Shown here piece after piece: positions 42,411 to 56,455 of a stretch of 64,000 bases of DNA. The stretch is from the human T2T-CHM13v2.0 reference genome, Homo sapiens: assembly GCF_009914755.1 (NCBI RefSeq), contig NC_060946.1. One strand, 5' to 3'. A program made the position numbers and the translations under genes. The stretch's first letter is position 1, and each line of letters opens with the position of its first letter. Below the pieces are notes generated by a model. The model was given only the letters and a program-made list of their open reading frames with translations. It did no database searches and was not told the origin of the DNA.

Positions 42411-43268
42411 GGCACTGTGTTTAGTCTTGAGTCAGAGGAGGAGGAATACCCTGGAATCACTGCAGAAGATAGCAATGACATTTACATCCTGCCCAGCGAC
42501 AACTCTGGACAAGTCAGTCCCCCAGAGTCTCCAACTGTGACCACTTCCTGGCAGTCTGAGAGCTTACCTGTGTCACTGTCGGCTAGCCAGAGTTGGCACA
42601 CAGAAAGCCTGCCAGTGTCACTAGGCCCTGAGTCCTGGCAGCAGATTGCAATGGATCCTGAAGAAGTGAAAAGCTTAGACAGCAACGGAGCTGGAGAGAA
42701 GAGTGAGAACAACTCCTCTAATTCTGACATTGTGCACGTGGAGAAAGAAGAGGTGCCCGAGGGCATGGAAGAGGCTGCTGTGGCTTCTGTGGTCTTGCCA
42801 GCGCGGGAGCTGCAAGAGGCACTTCCTGAAGCCCCAGCTCCCTTGCTTCCACATATCACTGCCACCTCCCTGCTGGGGACAAGGGAACCTGACACAGAAG
42901 TGATCACAGTTGAGAAATCCAGCCCTGCTACATCTCTGTTTGTAGAACTTGATGAAGAAGAGGTGAAAGCAGCAACAACTGAACCTACTGAAGTGGAGGA
43001 GGTGGTCCCCGCACTGGAACCCACAGAAACGCTGCTGAGTGAGAAGGAGATAAACGCAAGGGAAGAGAGCCTTGTGGAAGAGCTGTCCCCTGCCAGCGAG
43101 AAGAAGCCCGTGCCGCCGTCTGAGGGCAAGTCTAGACTGTCCCCCGCCGGTGAGATGAAGCCCATGCCGCTGTCTGAGGGCAAGTCTATACTGCTGTTTG
43201 GAGGGGCTGCTGCTGTTGCCATCCTGGCAGTGGCCATCGGGGTAGCCCTGGCTCTGAGAAAGAAATAG
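42411..43268 (+). CDS. BCL2L13: BCL2L13 terminal coding exon 7: acidic BHNo region, LIR motif WQQI (42636-42647), C-terminal mitochondrial tail anchor
   Basis: Acceptor cttgtccttcgtttctag|GGC ACT GTG. 858 nt in frame to TAG (43266-43268). Ends ILLFGGAAAVAILAVAIGVALALRKK*. Internal peptide repeats SWQSESLPVSL/SWHTESLPVSL and EKKPVPPSEGKS/EMKPMPLSEGKS. Confidence 0.98.
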   Translation, partial: GTVFSLESEEEEYPGITAEDSNDIYILPSDNSGQVSPPESPTVTTSWQSESLPVSLSASQSWHTESLPVSLGPESWQQIAMDPEEVKSLDSNGAGEKSENNSSNSDIVHVEKEEVPEGMEEAAVASVVLPARELQEALPEAPAPLLPHITATSLLGTREPDTEVITVEKSSPATSLFVELDEEEVKAATTEPTEVEEVVPALEPTETLLSEKEINAREESLVEELSPASEKKPVPPSEGKSRLSPAGEMKPMPLSEGKSILLFGGAAAVAILAVAIGVALALRKK

Positions 43269-43519
43269 GAGGCTTTTCAGAAGAGAAAGACAGAAGGATG
43301 TAAGGTTGGAGTTGTATTGGCTGGAATTTGAACCTCCAGCAGCTGTCTGGACATTTGTGGAACACTCTGGGATAATTGGGGACTTCTGCTCAACATGGCA
43401 GTGGCATGTTAGGCATGTTAGGGCTTGAGGTGGGGCATTCACATTCATCTGACTGTAAATCCCAAGGGCCTCCGCTCATGCTAAATTGAGAATCTTAGGG
43501 GTAAAGCACCCCCTCCAGG

Positions 43520-43701
43520 ACCGGGTTTCTCAGCCTTGGCACTAGTGCTGTTCTGACCATTCTCTGTGTTGGGGCTGTCCTGTGTGTGGTGGGCTCCACC
43601 CACTAGATGCCAGTGGCACCCCCTCCCAGAGATGACAAACGAAAATGTCTCTAGACATTGCCAAATGTCCCGTGTGAACATCCCCTATTGAGACCCACTG
43701 C
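43520..43701. mobile_element. MER20-like hAT DNA transposon remnant in the BCL2L13 3' UTR
   Basis: ggtttctcagccttggcact...ggggctgtcctgtg...ccactagatgccagt...aaaatgtctctagacattgccaaatgtccc...ttgagacccactg resembles the MER20 consensus. Confidence 0.8.
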
Positions 43702-44625
43702 TTTAGCGAGAGAGGGTTTACTTAGGAAGAATTGGGATAGAAATTCCCAGCTGAGAGAACTTAGCTGTGGGCTCCTCAGCTACTGACTTCTTAGCTCTTA
43801 ATCCCCTTAGAATTTCATCTTTCTCGATGAGCAGGCTCTGCACCCACTCTTTTTTTGCCCCCCGCCCTCATCCTGGAGTGTGAGGGTGCTCGCCCGTACT
43901 CTCAGCTGCCTCTCAGGGACTGCACTGTTCCTCTTCACCCCCAGGTTCCTGCTAAGATCCCACGGGCGAGGGCTTGCTCTGGACTCAGTCTGTCAAGTCC
44001 CCGAAGCTTCCTGCAGCTCCACCTTGTAAAAATGCTGCCTTTGGGAATCTTCGAAATATGTACACAGAGAAAATCACATGAAGGAGACCTGGGGTCCCCA
44101 CTTGTGAGTGCAACTGCAAGTAACTCTGGCTAGAGAGACACATGTGTCTTGTGTCAAGGCAGGAGGATAACCCGGATGACCTTCTGAGGTCTCTTCAGCC
44201 CTTTTCGCTAGTGGTCACCCACCACCATGGTTACTTGCCAGCAACATCTCTATTGCTGGATGGTCCCTGTCTATAACCTTGGGCTAGTATATTTTTTCCA
44301 ATATGGGACCTTAGTCTTACTACTGATGAGTTCTATGGGTCTCTTGCTAGGGGGTAAGGATTTTTATTCTTGGGCTTATAGAGCCAGTTAGATCATAATT
44401 CTTATGAAATAGAGAGTGTCCTAAATATCACTGAAATAAAAAGTAGGAAAAAGAAGCTTGAATTTTAAGACTGAGGCTGCTCTGCAGATTCTAGTTTGGC
44501 TTTCAGAGTTCAAGAGTGGTGGCATCTTCACCTGAATTCTTCAATGCCAGGGTAATAAACCAAAATAGTCCTAATCAGTATATGCTAGTTGAGCATCGGC
44601 ATAATTTTCTTTCCTCTGGCTGATC

Positions 44626-44727
44626 CCAGCCCTAAAGGAAGGGTAGACCCGTGTCTTTCCAGCCCTAAAGGAAGGGTAGACCCGTGTCTTTCCAGCCCTA
44701 AAGGAAGGGCAGACCCGTGTCTTTCCA
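44626..44727 (+). repeat. 33-bp tandem repeat, 3 copies, in the BCL2L13 3' UTR
   Basis: Unit ccagccctaaaggaagggtagacccgtgtcttt at 44626, 44659 and 44692. Copy 3 has one T>C change. Confidence 0.97.
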
Positions 44728-46806
44728 TGCCCGAGGGCCACGACGTCACTATGCAGGGCACACGTGGCTTGGTTTAAAAAGGTCATCTTAGATTTATCTT
44801 AGTAAATGTAATAAATTATTTTTTAGATCTTGAAATTTATAATAAAAATACTTTACCTACCCTGATCACCAAAACCTGATGTTTTAAATGTGCTTTCTTT
44901 TTGAAATTTATGTTTTCAAATAAAATCTCCCTAAAGCAATATTTAAAAATTGGTCAAAACAAGGTCTGGGAGTATGTTTGTGTGTCTTTCCAGCTTTATC
45001 CTGTAGCGTGTCTTTGTTCTGTGTTTTAGTGTCCCATTTAGGGAGTGATGTTTTAAGGGTTTTTGTGTACTTGGATTAAGTAATTAGAGGTGAGTGGGGG
45101 GAATGGGATTATTGAGGCAATGATTTTTTTCTTCATGGGCTCTGATAGTTGCATTGATTGTTCTGTATTCTAATTGCTATATTTGTGTTTGCATAGGTGA
45201 AGAGCAAACTGGTGCGTTATCTTGATTTTTAAAAAGTAATAAATCCTATGAGTTCCAGTATTAACACTTGCCAGTTCTGGATCCTCACACCCATTGGCTG
45301 AGCGCATTCAAGCACCAATCGAAGCCAGGTTCATCTCTGAGCTGCTGAAAGGAGGTGTGAGGCTTAGGAAATTGGAGCCTGTGTTGCCCACGAAAGGAAA
45401 GAATAAGGAAGAAATGTGGTATGGAAGCGGCTACTTGCTGCTTTATTTTCCCACCTGTTAGACATTCCTCCACAGTGATTTGGCCAGTTGTATTTCACGG
45501 TAATGGAACTAGATAGTGTTTTCCATTGGCTTTCTCTGGTAGCTCTTGGTCAGCTCCTGAGTTAACAGGATGTGGCAGCATCCCTGTTCTTCCTTCACGT
45601 CCTCACCCTCTGCCTCCAGCAGTGGAAGGGAACAGCCCTCATGAGGACTGCTTCCTACTGCAGCTCCTGCTTTTTGCTCATACATTTAAAAAACTATTTC
45701 TCAAGCTTCCCCTCCTTTTGGGGGGAGGAGCTGATAGTAGGAGGCATTCCTTCCACCTCCAACTTATACCCTCTAAGTCTAAGGTGAAGGAAAGATTCAG
45801 AATAAATCCAACTTGTTTATAGAAAAGTTCTTGTTAGTCCTTAGACCTCATCTCAACTGCTCTGTTGAAGGTAATGATTTATTGGGGGGAAAAAACAACG
45901 CCAATTTATCCTCTCTGTATTAAAGTGATAATTCTGGGCCCACAGAAATCAGTCAGTACCTGCGGTGTGCCTTAAGGGGACTCTCATGATCATCATTCCC
46001 TTCTAGAGAACATTCTAGATGAAAAAATGCAACTGTTGACCTTCTGGTTCACCCATCTCCCCCTCGAGGCATTCTTGATACCCCTTCTCACCTGCATTTC
46101 TGTCCCAGGGATACCAGATGCAGCCACTACCTAACTAGGCTTGTCCTGGGGGAGTGAGCCGTGAACCTGGAGACATGGCTTTGACCCACAGCTACTGTTC
46201 ATTTCCTCAGGCTTTGCGCTGATTCCCTCAATAATATGACAGTAAGGCAAGTAGTCTCCTTGCCTTTCTCCTGAAAGGTATGAGATGTGGACATTTCAGT
46301 GTTTGAATTATTTTAAGAGATGTTTTATAGAAATAAAACGTTTTGTAGCTAAGAATTTTCCCTTTCTCTTAATTTCTTACATCTTTCCACACAAACTTAT
46401 CTTTCCAAGAATTTGAGGTGGTGATCATACCCATCAAGACGGCCTTGTAGGCTATCTGATTGCTAACAGACACGACCTAGAGCTTCTGCCCAAATTCCCA
46501 CACAAGCATTATCTCGTTTAACATCTCAGCGACATACTGGATACCAGAATAATGTTTCCTCTTCTCTGGTGCACCAAAACCTGCCCTTAGTGATAATCTC
46601 TCAATTATGACATTCATTTGAGTTTAGGGTGTATAATTTTTCCTAAAAAAAATTCATGTCGATAATTATATTTTAGCAAATACTAGTTGAGCATTTATAA
46701 CATGCCAGAGACGGTTCTAGTGCTCTCACATACCTTATTTCACCTTCACAGTTCTAATAGCTGTTTGTATTCCTTTTATTCCCATATTACAGAATGAAGA
46801 ACCTAA

Positions 46807-47048
<242 letters not shown>

Positions 47049-49869
47049 TAGCCAGGATGGGCTCGATCTCCTGACCTCGTGATCCACCCGCCTTGGCCTC
47101 CCAAAGTGCTGGGATTACAGGCGTGAGCCACCGTGCCCGGCCCAGAGTTAGTTTTTCTAACGTCCTCAAGCATAGGAGAGGCAAGGCAATGATTTTGCCG
47201 GTTTTTATCATTTTCCTGGCACTGCAAAGCAGTATTGGCAGGTCCCCTGCAAACAGTTGCGCCAGTTGTTTACTGCATAAGGACTGACTGGGGACAAATT
47301 CCGACGTGCAGCCTGTGCTCTGCTCACCATGCTGTGGGCTCTGGGAGAAGCGAAGTATTTTTCTAATTTGTACAAAGGCACCATATAGGCTCACTTAAAC
47401 ATTAAGCATGTTCTACTACAAAAAAACAAGAGTGAGGGTTAGGTCCAGGACTGGTCTCAGCTTCCAATTATGTAGCTGTTTTCCCTGTAGACATTGAGTG
47501 AGATGCTTTGTGGTTACAGAATTCACAGTCATTGCCGATGAGCTTTCATTAGCTTTCTTGATTAAATATTTTTGCTTTTAGACAAGGTTAGGCAATCTGT
47601 CCCAGCAGTTATCACAAAGTGCTAAATGAGGGGGGTGAAGACAGCACCACGATGCATTTCTTGGTCTTTTTCTGTTTGTTCGAGTTCGTCCCTTCTCCCC
47701 TGTGTATGCCATCATAAGGGTGGGGCTGTGGAGTGAAGTAGGGGAATACCTGGAAGCATTGCTTGGCCTCTGGACAGACAAAGAGGTTGGGGACTTAGGA
47801 GGGTTGACCAGGTATGGCCACAAGTACGTCAGCTCCTGGAGGATCTTCCCAGTGAAAAGCCTCCTACTACATTCCACAGCACTTCATGGTAATTATAACC
47901 TTGGCTAGATAATACCTGCTGTATGGTACAGAATAGTGACATTCAATTACCTCATATATAAAGAGAGCTCCATGGAGAGCTGGAAAGTGCATGCCACTAC
48001 AATATTAACACATCCCATCTTCCCTTTCTTTTTGCAAGGCTGTTGAATTTCAGCCCGGCATCCCCACACACTAACACCATCAGGTCTTCCACATTTGATG
48101 GTTACACCACAGGAGCCCACACCAGACTGCTGCTTCCCTGTGAGCTCAGAGTGAAATTGTTCTCAGGGGTATTTGCAAGGCCTTGTCATCAGTTAAAGAC
48201 TAGCAGCTGACTCCAGGTGATTCTACCCCGCTGTCACCTCTCCAAAGGGGAAATTGAATAGTGGTATTGCTCACTGTGGTGAGTGTTCTTTGCACCACCA
48301 GAAGAAACTGGTTAATGAATGTACTATTTAGAAGAAAAGTTTTGACATTTAAAGATTACTAGTTGTTCCCTTTCCCCAGGAAAAGAAGGTCAAAGTACAG
48401 TCTTCCCTGTTGCAGAGTTTGGAATAACTCTGTTTGCCCTGATGCTTTCCAGCAGGAGAACTGTATTATGTAGAGGGGTCCTTGGCCAGCATCAAAGGAA
48501 AAAAATTATTTTTTTCCTAGACCTGTATTTTTCCTATTACAGTCTTCCATTTATTTCTTCCTCCAGATTAAAAGTGCCTCTTCCTACCTCATTCCTTAAT
48601 TAAGGTCAATTTAGTGTTGGCTCAAATGCTTTCATCTCAAAAATACCGGAATTGAATGGTAATTTGGATAATTAAGTTATCGTGCATTTTAAGCAGCATG
48701 TGTTTCCTTTTTCCGTGTGAGTTCCATGAGCCTCTGCACTGCCGCTCTGCACTGCTGAACTGATCACTGTGGGTCATTCTGGCTCCTCTTCCTTCCTGTC
48801 ATCTACCTTTTGGCCAATCTACTCTTCATCAGGGGAAAGGAACAAACTTCAAATCTGTGAGTTATTCTTTCTGTCAGAAGCAACGTGCTAGAGAGAATAC
48901 ATGGGATTTGAAGATAATCAGTGGACTCATCTTTCTATCCACATGGTAACTATGCCCTTGACAGGTGGTATCATTTCACATCATCAATTGTCTTTGTTAA
49001 GTCCATACTTAATTGGTTTGACTCCAGGTTTTGAAAACAAGATCGTAACATTCAAAGGACTCTATATTCCAATTCTCAGCTAGCACAACTAATAAAGTTG
49101 CTGGACAGTAAAACTAGGCGCCAGTGCTGTGATCCTTTAAGGAAGCCTTGAGTATCGCAGCAGTTAATGCTGGGTCCTAAGAGGAGAGGTCAGGAATGAT
49201 TTGACCTTCTGAATGCACCAAATGTCCCACCTGACTTTCAGATACACCAAGCATCTTTTCAAGGAGAAAGCTTTTGATGTTTAACAAAAGAATTTCCATC
49301 ACTTAATTCAAATATTTTTAAAACAGAAAGGAAAACACATTCTCTGAATTAAAGTCACCTTTGAATCATATCCACAAGGATTGTGTTACAGGGCAAAATC
49401 CACCAACTGCCAGGATATGCCCGAGTCACCATGGCTGGGAAGTGCTCAAGACTGGAACATTTGTGTTTGAGACAATGGAATCTTTTTATAATGTTGGCTT
49501 TGGGAGAAGGGGTGACGGTCTTGCTTTACAACCAAGACTATCTCAGACTTGGTCTGGAAGAATTTACACTAAGACCTGTTATAAAATGGTGGCCTACTGT
49601 ATGAATTCAAGTGAAACAGAAGCAGGTGAAGATGCTGTGGAAGAGTCAGTGTGTGAGAGAGGTGGTCCAGAGTCACTTGCTGCTTAAGAACACTTTCCCA
49701 TTAGTTCCGGGTGATGACTGCATACAGCTCCTTTGGGAAGAAAATGCCTCCCCCAGTGAGAATCTGATTATAATGGCTGACGTATGGATGGATGTGTAGG
49801 CGCAGTGTGGTTCAACCTGTTTCCATTGTGGTTGGAAAACTTTTTTAAAAGTCCACTCCAAAACATGAA

Positions 49870-51314
49870 AAGTCGTAGTGTTAGGAAGATTTATTTCCAA
49901 ACAGTGGCCTCCACACTGCGCGGCAGCACTTCTTTTTAGTATTTGTAAGCTTTTGCCCACTTTCAATTGAGCCAGCCCTAGCGTGGTATGTATTGCATGC
50001 TGAACAATATAGAGTTTGTTTTTCCTTTCTGATGATTTTAAACTCTTAAAGAACAGGAAAGCATCTGGTAAGAAGAAATCATGAGTCCGTCAGTGCCCTT
50101 ACTCATATGCGTCTCCAGTGGCCTCATGTTGTGGTCACAGGAGTTTCCTGTTCACAGCAATGTGTGTGATATGGACCCAGCATCCACTGTCGTGCTTTTA
50201 AACTGATTCCTGGGACATAGCTTACCACTGGAACAGCAGACCAGTGTTGCACTGTTTCTAAAGCTAAGCTTTTCCTTATTTATTTTGGTACTACCTAAGT
50301 GACTTGGTTTTGACTGTCCCTAAGAGAGGGAACCACTTTGCTGAATTTTTAAAAAGTCCAACTGCTCTTTCATCTTTTATGCTTAGAAACCTGTTCTCTC
50401 CAGATGCACTTCTGAGGCATGGATGAGCTGAGCGTATGGCTAGAAATTGGAAGTTTACAGCTATTACCAGGGGGCTAACTCCCGGGGCATCGCAGTAGCT
50501 TCTGGCACCCGTGGCTTCATGTCTTTAGCAAAGTCTTGATGTCATGGAAAGAGAAAAAGTGTATGCAGTTAGTTACCTGATTTTGTAAACAAACAGTGGC
50601 TGACCTGGGCCCTTAAATCACCTTCACACCTTTTAGAACCACAAGTGGTTCTTTTTGACTCCAACAAAGGAAACGAAGTTGAAAAAGTCAAGCCCCTGTG
50701 TACTGGGGCCGGACTTCCCATCATTTGAGTGCAGCACTTTAGTTCAGAATCTCTGTGCCATGTGGTTTTTTAAACAGGAAGATTGTTGGTTCCTTAGTAT
50801 TAAGATAGATAGTCCCTATTTTGAGTGGAATTTTTCATTTGTAAGGGGTATGTTCCTTCTCTGATTCTTGCTTTCCTCAAACAGGATACTGCCTGCTGTA
50901 AGACCATCCTCTATGGTTGTACTTTAATAAACAGTAATTTTTTTTTACCAAAAAAATTGTATTTTGTTTCTACTTCCTTGAAACCTGCTTTCCAATTTAA
51001 TTTTTAAGTGGGAACCTGCACAGTGGAAATAAAGGCACCGTGTGTAGATTTACAGATGTGCAGATTCATGTGTGGATGATATGAAGGCCATTCAAATACG
51101 TGTAAATGGACATTTTCATTCAAGTATATTAATGTAGATATTTTAAAGTGGGTTATAAGTTTAACATTGTCTTTAAAATAGAAGTCACAGCTATCTTCCA
51201 GCCTGTCTTCTCTAGGAACGCTGTTGACATGCCAGGGCTCCGTCTACACTGGAAGCAGCTATACAGCTGTGACCACATCGAGCTTTAGCCAGTCACACTT
51301 CTGGAACTGTCCGT
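49870..51314 (-). other. BID: BID 3' UTR with tandem poly(A) signals
   Basis: Minus-strand ATTAAA at 50923-50928, AATAAA at 50279-50284 and AATAAA at 49890-49895. The distal end is inferred about 20 nt past the last signal. Confidence 0.75.
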
Positions 51315-51326
51315 TCAGTCCATCCC
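51315..51326 (-). CDS. BID: BID terminal exon, coding part (GMD*)
   Basis: Acceptor tttctcctttcttgctctag|GGG ATG GAC TGA. Gives the BID C-terminus ...ARNGMD. Confidence 0.95.
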   Translation of the reverse strand, partial: GMD

Positions 51327-51861
51327 CTAGAGCAAGAAAGGAGAAAAAGCCAGAATCAGCTAGGCTCATTCACAAACCAGGCTCCAGAGCTCTGTGCCAC
51401 AGTAGAGCAAAGCTGGGGTTTATGCAAAAACACGTTCTCCAGAGCCCTGAAGTCCTATCCGTGCATCCTACTTTTTGCTACATGGGGGCAACTGCAAAAA
51501 CAGGCCGTTCAGGCGGTGAGGTGGGTATTCACATCTCCAAGGCACTGACGGTGTCAGGAGGCCCCTGCTGGGTCAGAGGAATCACGATTCTGCCTCAGCC
51601 CTCAGTCTCTGGTAAGCTGTCCATACAGACTGCTGCACACGTCTTGCCCACCCTTTCCCCCTTTACATGGGTGTTGGTAAAAGCTGTCCAGGAATGGTCT
51701 CAGGCTTACCTCCTTCCAACAATTCAGCTGGGTTTAATGCCTGATTTAAGATTTATATTCATTCTCCTGTTTTTAAAATGCTTGTATAACTGAAGACCAC
51801 AGCATATAAGGAATGTTTTCTTATGAGTTCTCAGTAGAGGATTAGATGCTATTTTACTTAA

Positions 51862-51978
<117 letters not shown>

Positions 51979-52031
51979 TGAGGTTGGGAGTTCGAGACCA
52001 GCCTAACATGGGAGAAACCTCATCTCTACTA

Positions 52032-52302
<271 letters not shown>

Positions 52303-52541
52303 CTACATGGGGGCAGCTGCAAAAACTGGCCCTTCTTGGGCAGCATTGTGAACACTGTATGTTTGTTTTTAGAGACAGGTCTTGTTTTTGTTCAGGCTGG
52401 AGTGCAGTGGCACAATCAGCTCACTGCAGCCTTGAACTCCTGGGCTCAAGCAAAGAGATCCTTCTGCCCCAGCCTCCTGAGGAGCTGCCTCAACCTCCAT
52501 GACGGCGTGAACTACAGGCGTACGCCACCATGCTCAGCTAA

Positions 52542-52757
<216 letters not shown>

Positions 52758-53000
52758 TGAACTCCTGACTTCATGATCCGCCTGCCTTGGCCTCCCAAAG
52801 TGCTGGGATTACAGGCGTGAGCCACCGCGCCTGGCCCTCAGCTAATTATTTTTATAAATTTTTTAGAGACAGGGTCTCGCCATGTTGCTCAGTTTTGTCT
52901 CAAACTCCTGGCCTCAAGCAATCCCACTGCTTCTGCTTCCCAAATCGCTGGGATTACAGGCTTGAGCCACCATGCCCAGCCTTTAGACTGTGACTTGTAA

Positions 53001-53426
<426 letters not shown>

Positions 53427-53748
53427 TGAGCCCTCCAGCCCCTTCCTTCCACTCTGTACCTGCTTGTGCCTTGAGGACCCCACCAGGAGTGTGACGTGAG
53501 CCTTTGCCACCCCTCTGAATGGAGCATGTCTCCAATAGTAAGCTGCTAAAGCTCCAAAGGACTCTGGGTGCTCTTCGTCACCTTTACACACAGCTTTCTA
53601 GCTCACAACAGCAAAACCAAACCCGAGCAGGACAGCCTGTAACCCTTGTGCTGGCATCAGAGGCAGGGGCCCCGCTGGGCTTCTCAACCTTCCAGAGAAA
53701 AGGGCATGGGCGGCAGGCAGGGAAGGAGCTGACCTCAAGGGTTCTTAC

Positions 53749-53961
53749 ATTTCTGGCTAAGCTCCTCACGTAGGTGCGTAGGTTCTGGTTAATAAAATTC
53801 ACTGTTGTGTGAAAGACATCACGGAGCAAGGACGGCGTGTGACTGGCCACCTTCTTGGCCAGCAGCAGGGCCAGCACCAGCATGGTCTTCTCCTTCTCCA
53901 TGTCTCTAGGGTAGGCCTGCAGCAGCTGCTCCAGGGCAGTGGCCAGGTCCCTGTTCCGGTC
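53749..53961 (-). CDS. BID: BID coding exon 5, 213 nt
   Basis: Acceptor ccctctgtgcag| and donor |gtaaga. Encodes [71 protein letters not shown]. Confidence 0.98.
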
Positions 53962-55077
53962 CTGCACAGAGGGGCACACAGAACCTGGTTTACTAATACT
54001 CTTCCCTCTCAAAGGAAAGACAGTCCCCAGTATGAAGAAGCACTTCAAAGTACTTATTAAGTATCCAGGGCTGCTGGGCGGAAAGAATGAGAAACAGTTG
54101 AGTTCTGAGAGGCAATGGAAAGGGAAGACTGCGATCACTCCCTGCAGGGGGCTCGGTAAGCAAACGCATGTGTGGTGAGCCCATGTGCCCACTGTTAGAC
54201 GGTGATGGGATACAAGAAGCCTGGGTCATCCCTGCGCCCAAGGCACTTCGAGTCCAGAACTAGTGACCACCTGCGACGCCTTAGGCCCATTTTATTGGTG
54301 CAGACCTAGCTGAATGGACAGGAGGAAGGGGGTTCCTGGGGGACACTAGACAGACTACAAGGCTGGCAAGGACCGTCAGGCGGTCGGCGCACATGCAGAG
54401 TTACATGGGAGTGCGCCAGCCACTCCTGCGTTCTAGGCAGCTGCTGGGACATCACAGGCTGGCCCCACTGAACAGAAGCATGATTGGATTTCTAGGAGGT
54501 GAGGACGCCTGCATTTTCAGCTGGTAGAGTCGAAAAAGTGGAACTTTCTCTCCTCTCAGCTCCTACCGCTACAGGCCTGCATTTGGCAGTTGGGAGGATG
54601 TAGTTCTTTCCGCTAAGTGTTCTGGGGACACAGTGCCCCGGACCAATCTTGTATCCCCAACAGTGCCAAGCAGATGGTAGAGCTCAGAAAGTTGTGTGGA
54701 TTCCAACCAAGGAGCTCAGCAGAGCAGCAGGCACCACTCCCAGGGCTTACGGTTCTCACTGGCACCATTATTAAACTCCCTACAACCAAAGGAAGCGTCT
54801 GTTTCTTCTGTTGGCCAAACATGCTTCGTTCATCTTTTAGAGGCTTTTACCCCTAAACTCTTTACTCTGATTTAAGGTTCAGGTTTCCTCGATGTCAACC
54901 AGCTGAAATCTGCAAGGCAAGGAACCATGCCCTACGTCCAGTTACTTCGTCAGAGTTCTGGACCTGACAGTCACGAGTTGAGTGGCCTCACGGGACAGTG
55001 GGCTGCCTGGTGAGAGGCAGGGGACAGGCCCCCTTGGCTCACTTGCCCGCCCACGCGGTCCTCAGGCCCTCACTCAC

Positions 55078-55217
55078 CTCCTCCGACCGGCTGGTGTTCC
55101 TGAGCTGCAGGGCCAGGCCGTTCACCAGGCCCGGAGGGATGCTACGGTCCATGCTGTCCCCGACCTGGGCGAGGTGCCTGGCAATATTCCGGATGATGTC
55201 TTCTTGACTTTCAGAAT
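55078..55217 (-). CDS. BID: BID coding exon 4, 140 nt; BH3 domain [13 protein letters not shown]
   Basis: Acceptor gaacacag| and donor |gtgagt. Encodes (D)[46 protein letters not shown]. Confidence 0.98.
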
Positions 55218-55810
55218 CTGTGTTCGGGCAGGGGCGGCAGAGACAGAGCAGACTCAGAAAATGTCCCTGATACCCTCTCCCACACCACCCTGCCCCGGGA
55301 AAGGACAGGTCCGCGATGGGACAAGGCCAGCCCCCACTGGGCACGTGCTCCACTCCACCAGGGCCACAGCGGGCGGGCTGAGTACCAGCGCTGAGCTGGG
55401 TTCTGGGCAGTGCCGGAGCTCAGGGCCTCGGCTGAGGCCCAGGCTCCCGCACACAGGCACCACGTCCCCACAGGCAGGGCCGGTGAAGCTGGGGCATCAC
55501 GACCACGCCTGAGGTACAAACCTGGCAGCGGCTTCATGGCTCACACCACACAACCCAACAGGGTTGGCCTTGGCCTGGGCAGCCGTTGGGGAAGGGGCTC
55601 TGTGGGCAGACGGCATCCCAGACCCACCTTTGCCCTCTCAAGCCTGAGAGCCCCCATTCCTCGCAGTCCCGTCTCAGGAAAACCCCAGTTGTCACTGGCA
55701 CCGGCAAGGCCCTGGAGAATCTCCCCTGCCTTTCCAACCAGAGCTCTCCCCCTTGCCCCTCAGTCCTCCTCCTCTGGCGCACAGCCTCCGTGCTGCCCCT
55801 GCCCGAGTAC

Positions 55811-55905
55811 CACTGTCGCAGCTCCATGAAGGCCACGCTCAACTGCCACGCTCCCTGCCGCCTCCGTTTCTTCCTCAGCACTTGCTGTGTTATTGTCTGA
55901 CGCCC
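55811..55905 (-). other. BID: BID 95-nt frameshifting cassette exon (BidS-type) overlapping an antisense L2 remnant
   Basis: Minus strand cttaccttctggcag|GGGCGTCAGAC...GCGACAGTG|gtactc. Reads GASDNNTASAEEETEAAGSVAVERGLHGAATV, then shifts exon 4 to [31 protein letters not shown] (TGA 55122-55124). Confidence 0.75.
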
Positions 55906-56010
55906 CTGCCAGAAGGTAAGCTCCCTAAGGGCTGTGATTTTTTTAATCTGTTTTGTCCACTGACAAATACCCAGCACTTAATACATGGCACTCAGTAGGT
56001 GCTCAATAAA
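55870..56010 (+). mobile_element. L2 LINE 3' end remnant (tail probably resumes at about 56641 after Alus)
   Basis: tattgtctg...agaaggtaagctccctaagggc...cccagcact...tggcactcagtaggtgctcaataaa, then tgaatgaatgaat: typical L2 terminus. Confidence 0.7.
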
Positions 56011-56088
56011 CAATGGCAGGGACCAGGTGTGGTCATGCATGCCTGTAATCCCAGTGCTTTGGGAGGCTGAGGACAGAAGATTGCTTAA

Positions 56089-56455
<367 letters not shown>

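Larger units (their letters stand above)
43269..46360 (+). other. BCL2L13: BCL2L13 3' UTR (distal end approximate) with several candidate poly(A) signals
   Basis: Alu-free sequence after the stop. AATAAA at 44435, 44554, 44810, 44841, 44919, 45238 and 46332. A GU-rich tract at about 44972-45030 follows 44919. Confidence 0.7.

Noticed and set aside
42482-43448. Two long antisense ORFs (251 aa and 257 aa) opposite BCL2L13 exon 7
   Set aside because: Shadow frames of a long, compositionally biased coding exon. The products are low-complexity and unrecognisable, with no independent gene signals.
44626-44727. 33-bp repeats resembling a CRISPR array in unit length
   Set aside because: The units are directly adjacent with no spacers, and the context is a human 3' UTR. 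This is a minisatellite.
51224-51793. 189-aa plus-strand ORF over the last BID exon and intron
   Set aside because: No recognisable homology and a non-ATG start in the track. Probably a chance ORF.
53584-54192. 202-aa minus-strand ORF, and similarly 59255-59683 and 55039-55353
   Set aside because: These are BID exons extended into intron by chance open frames. Only the splice-bounded parts are coding.
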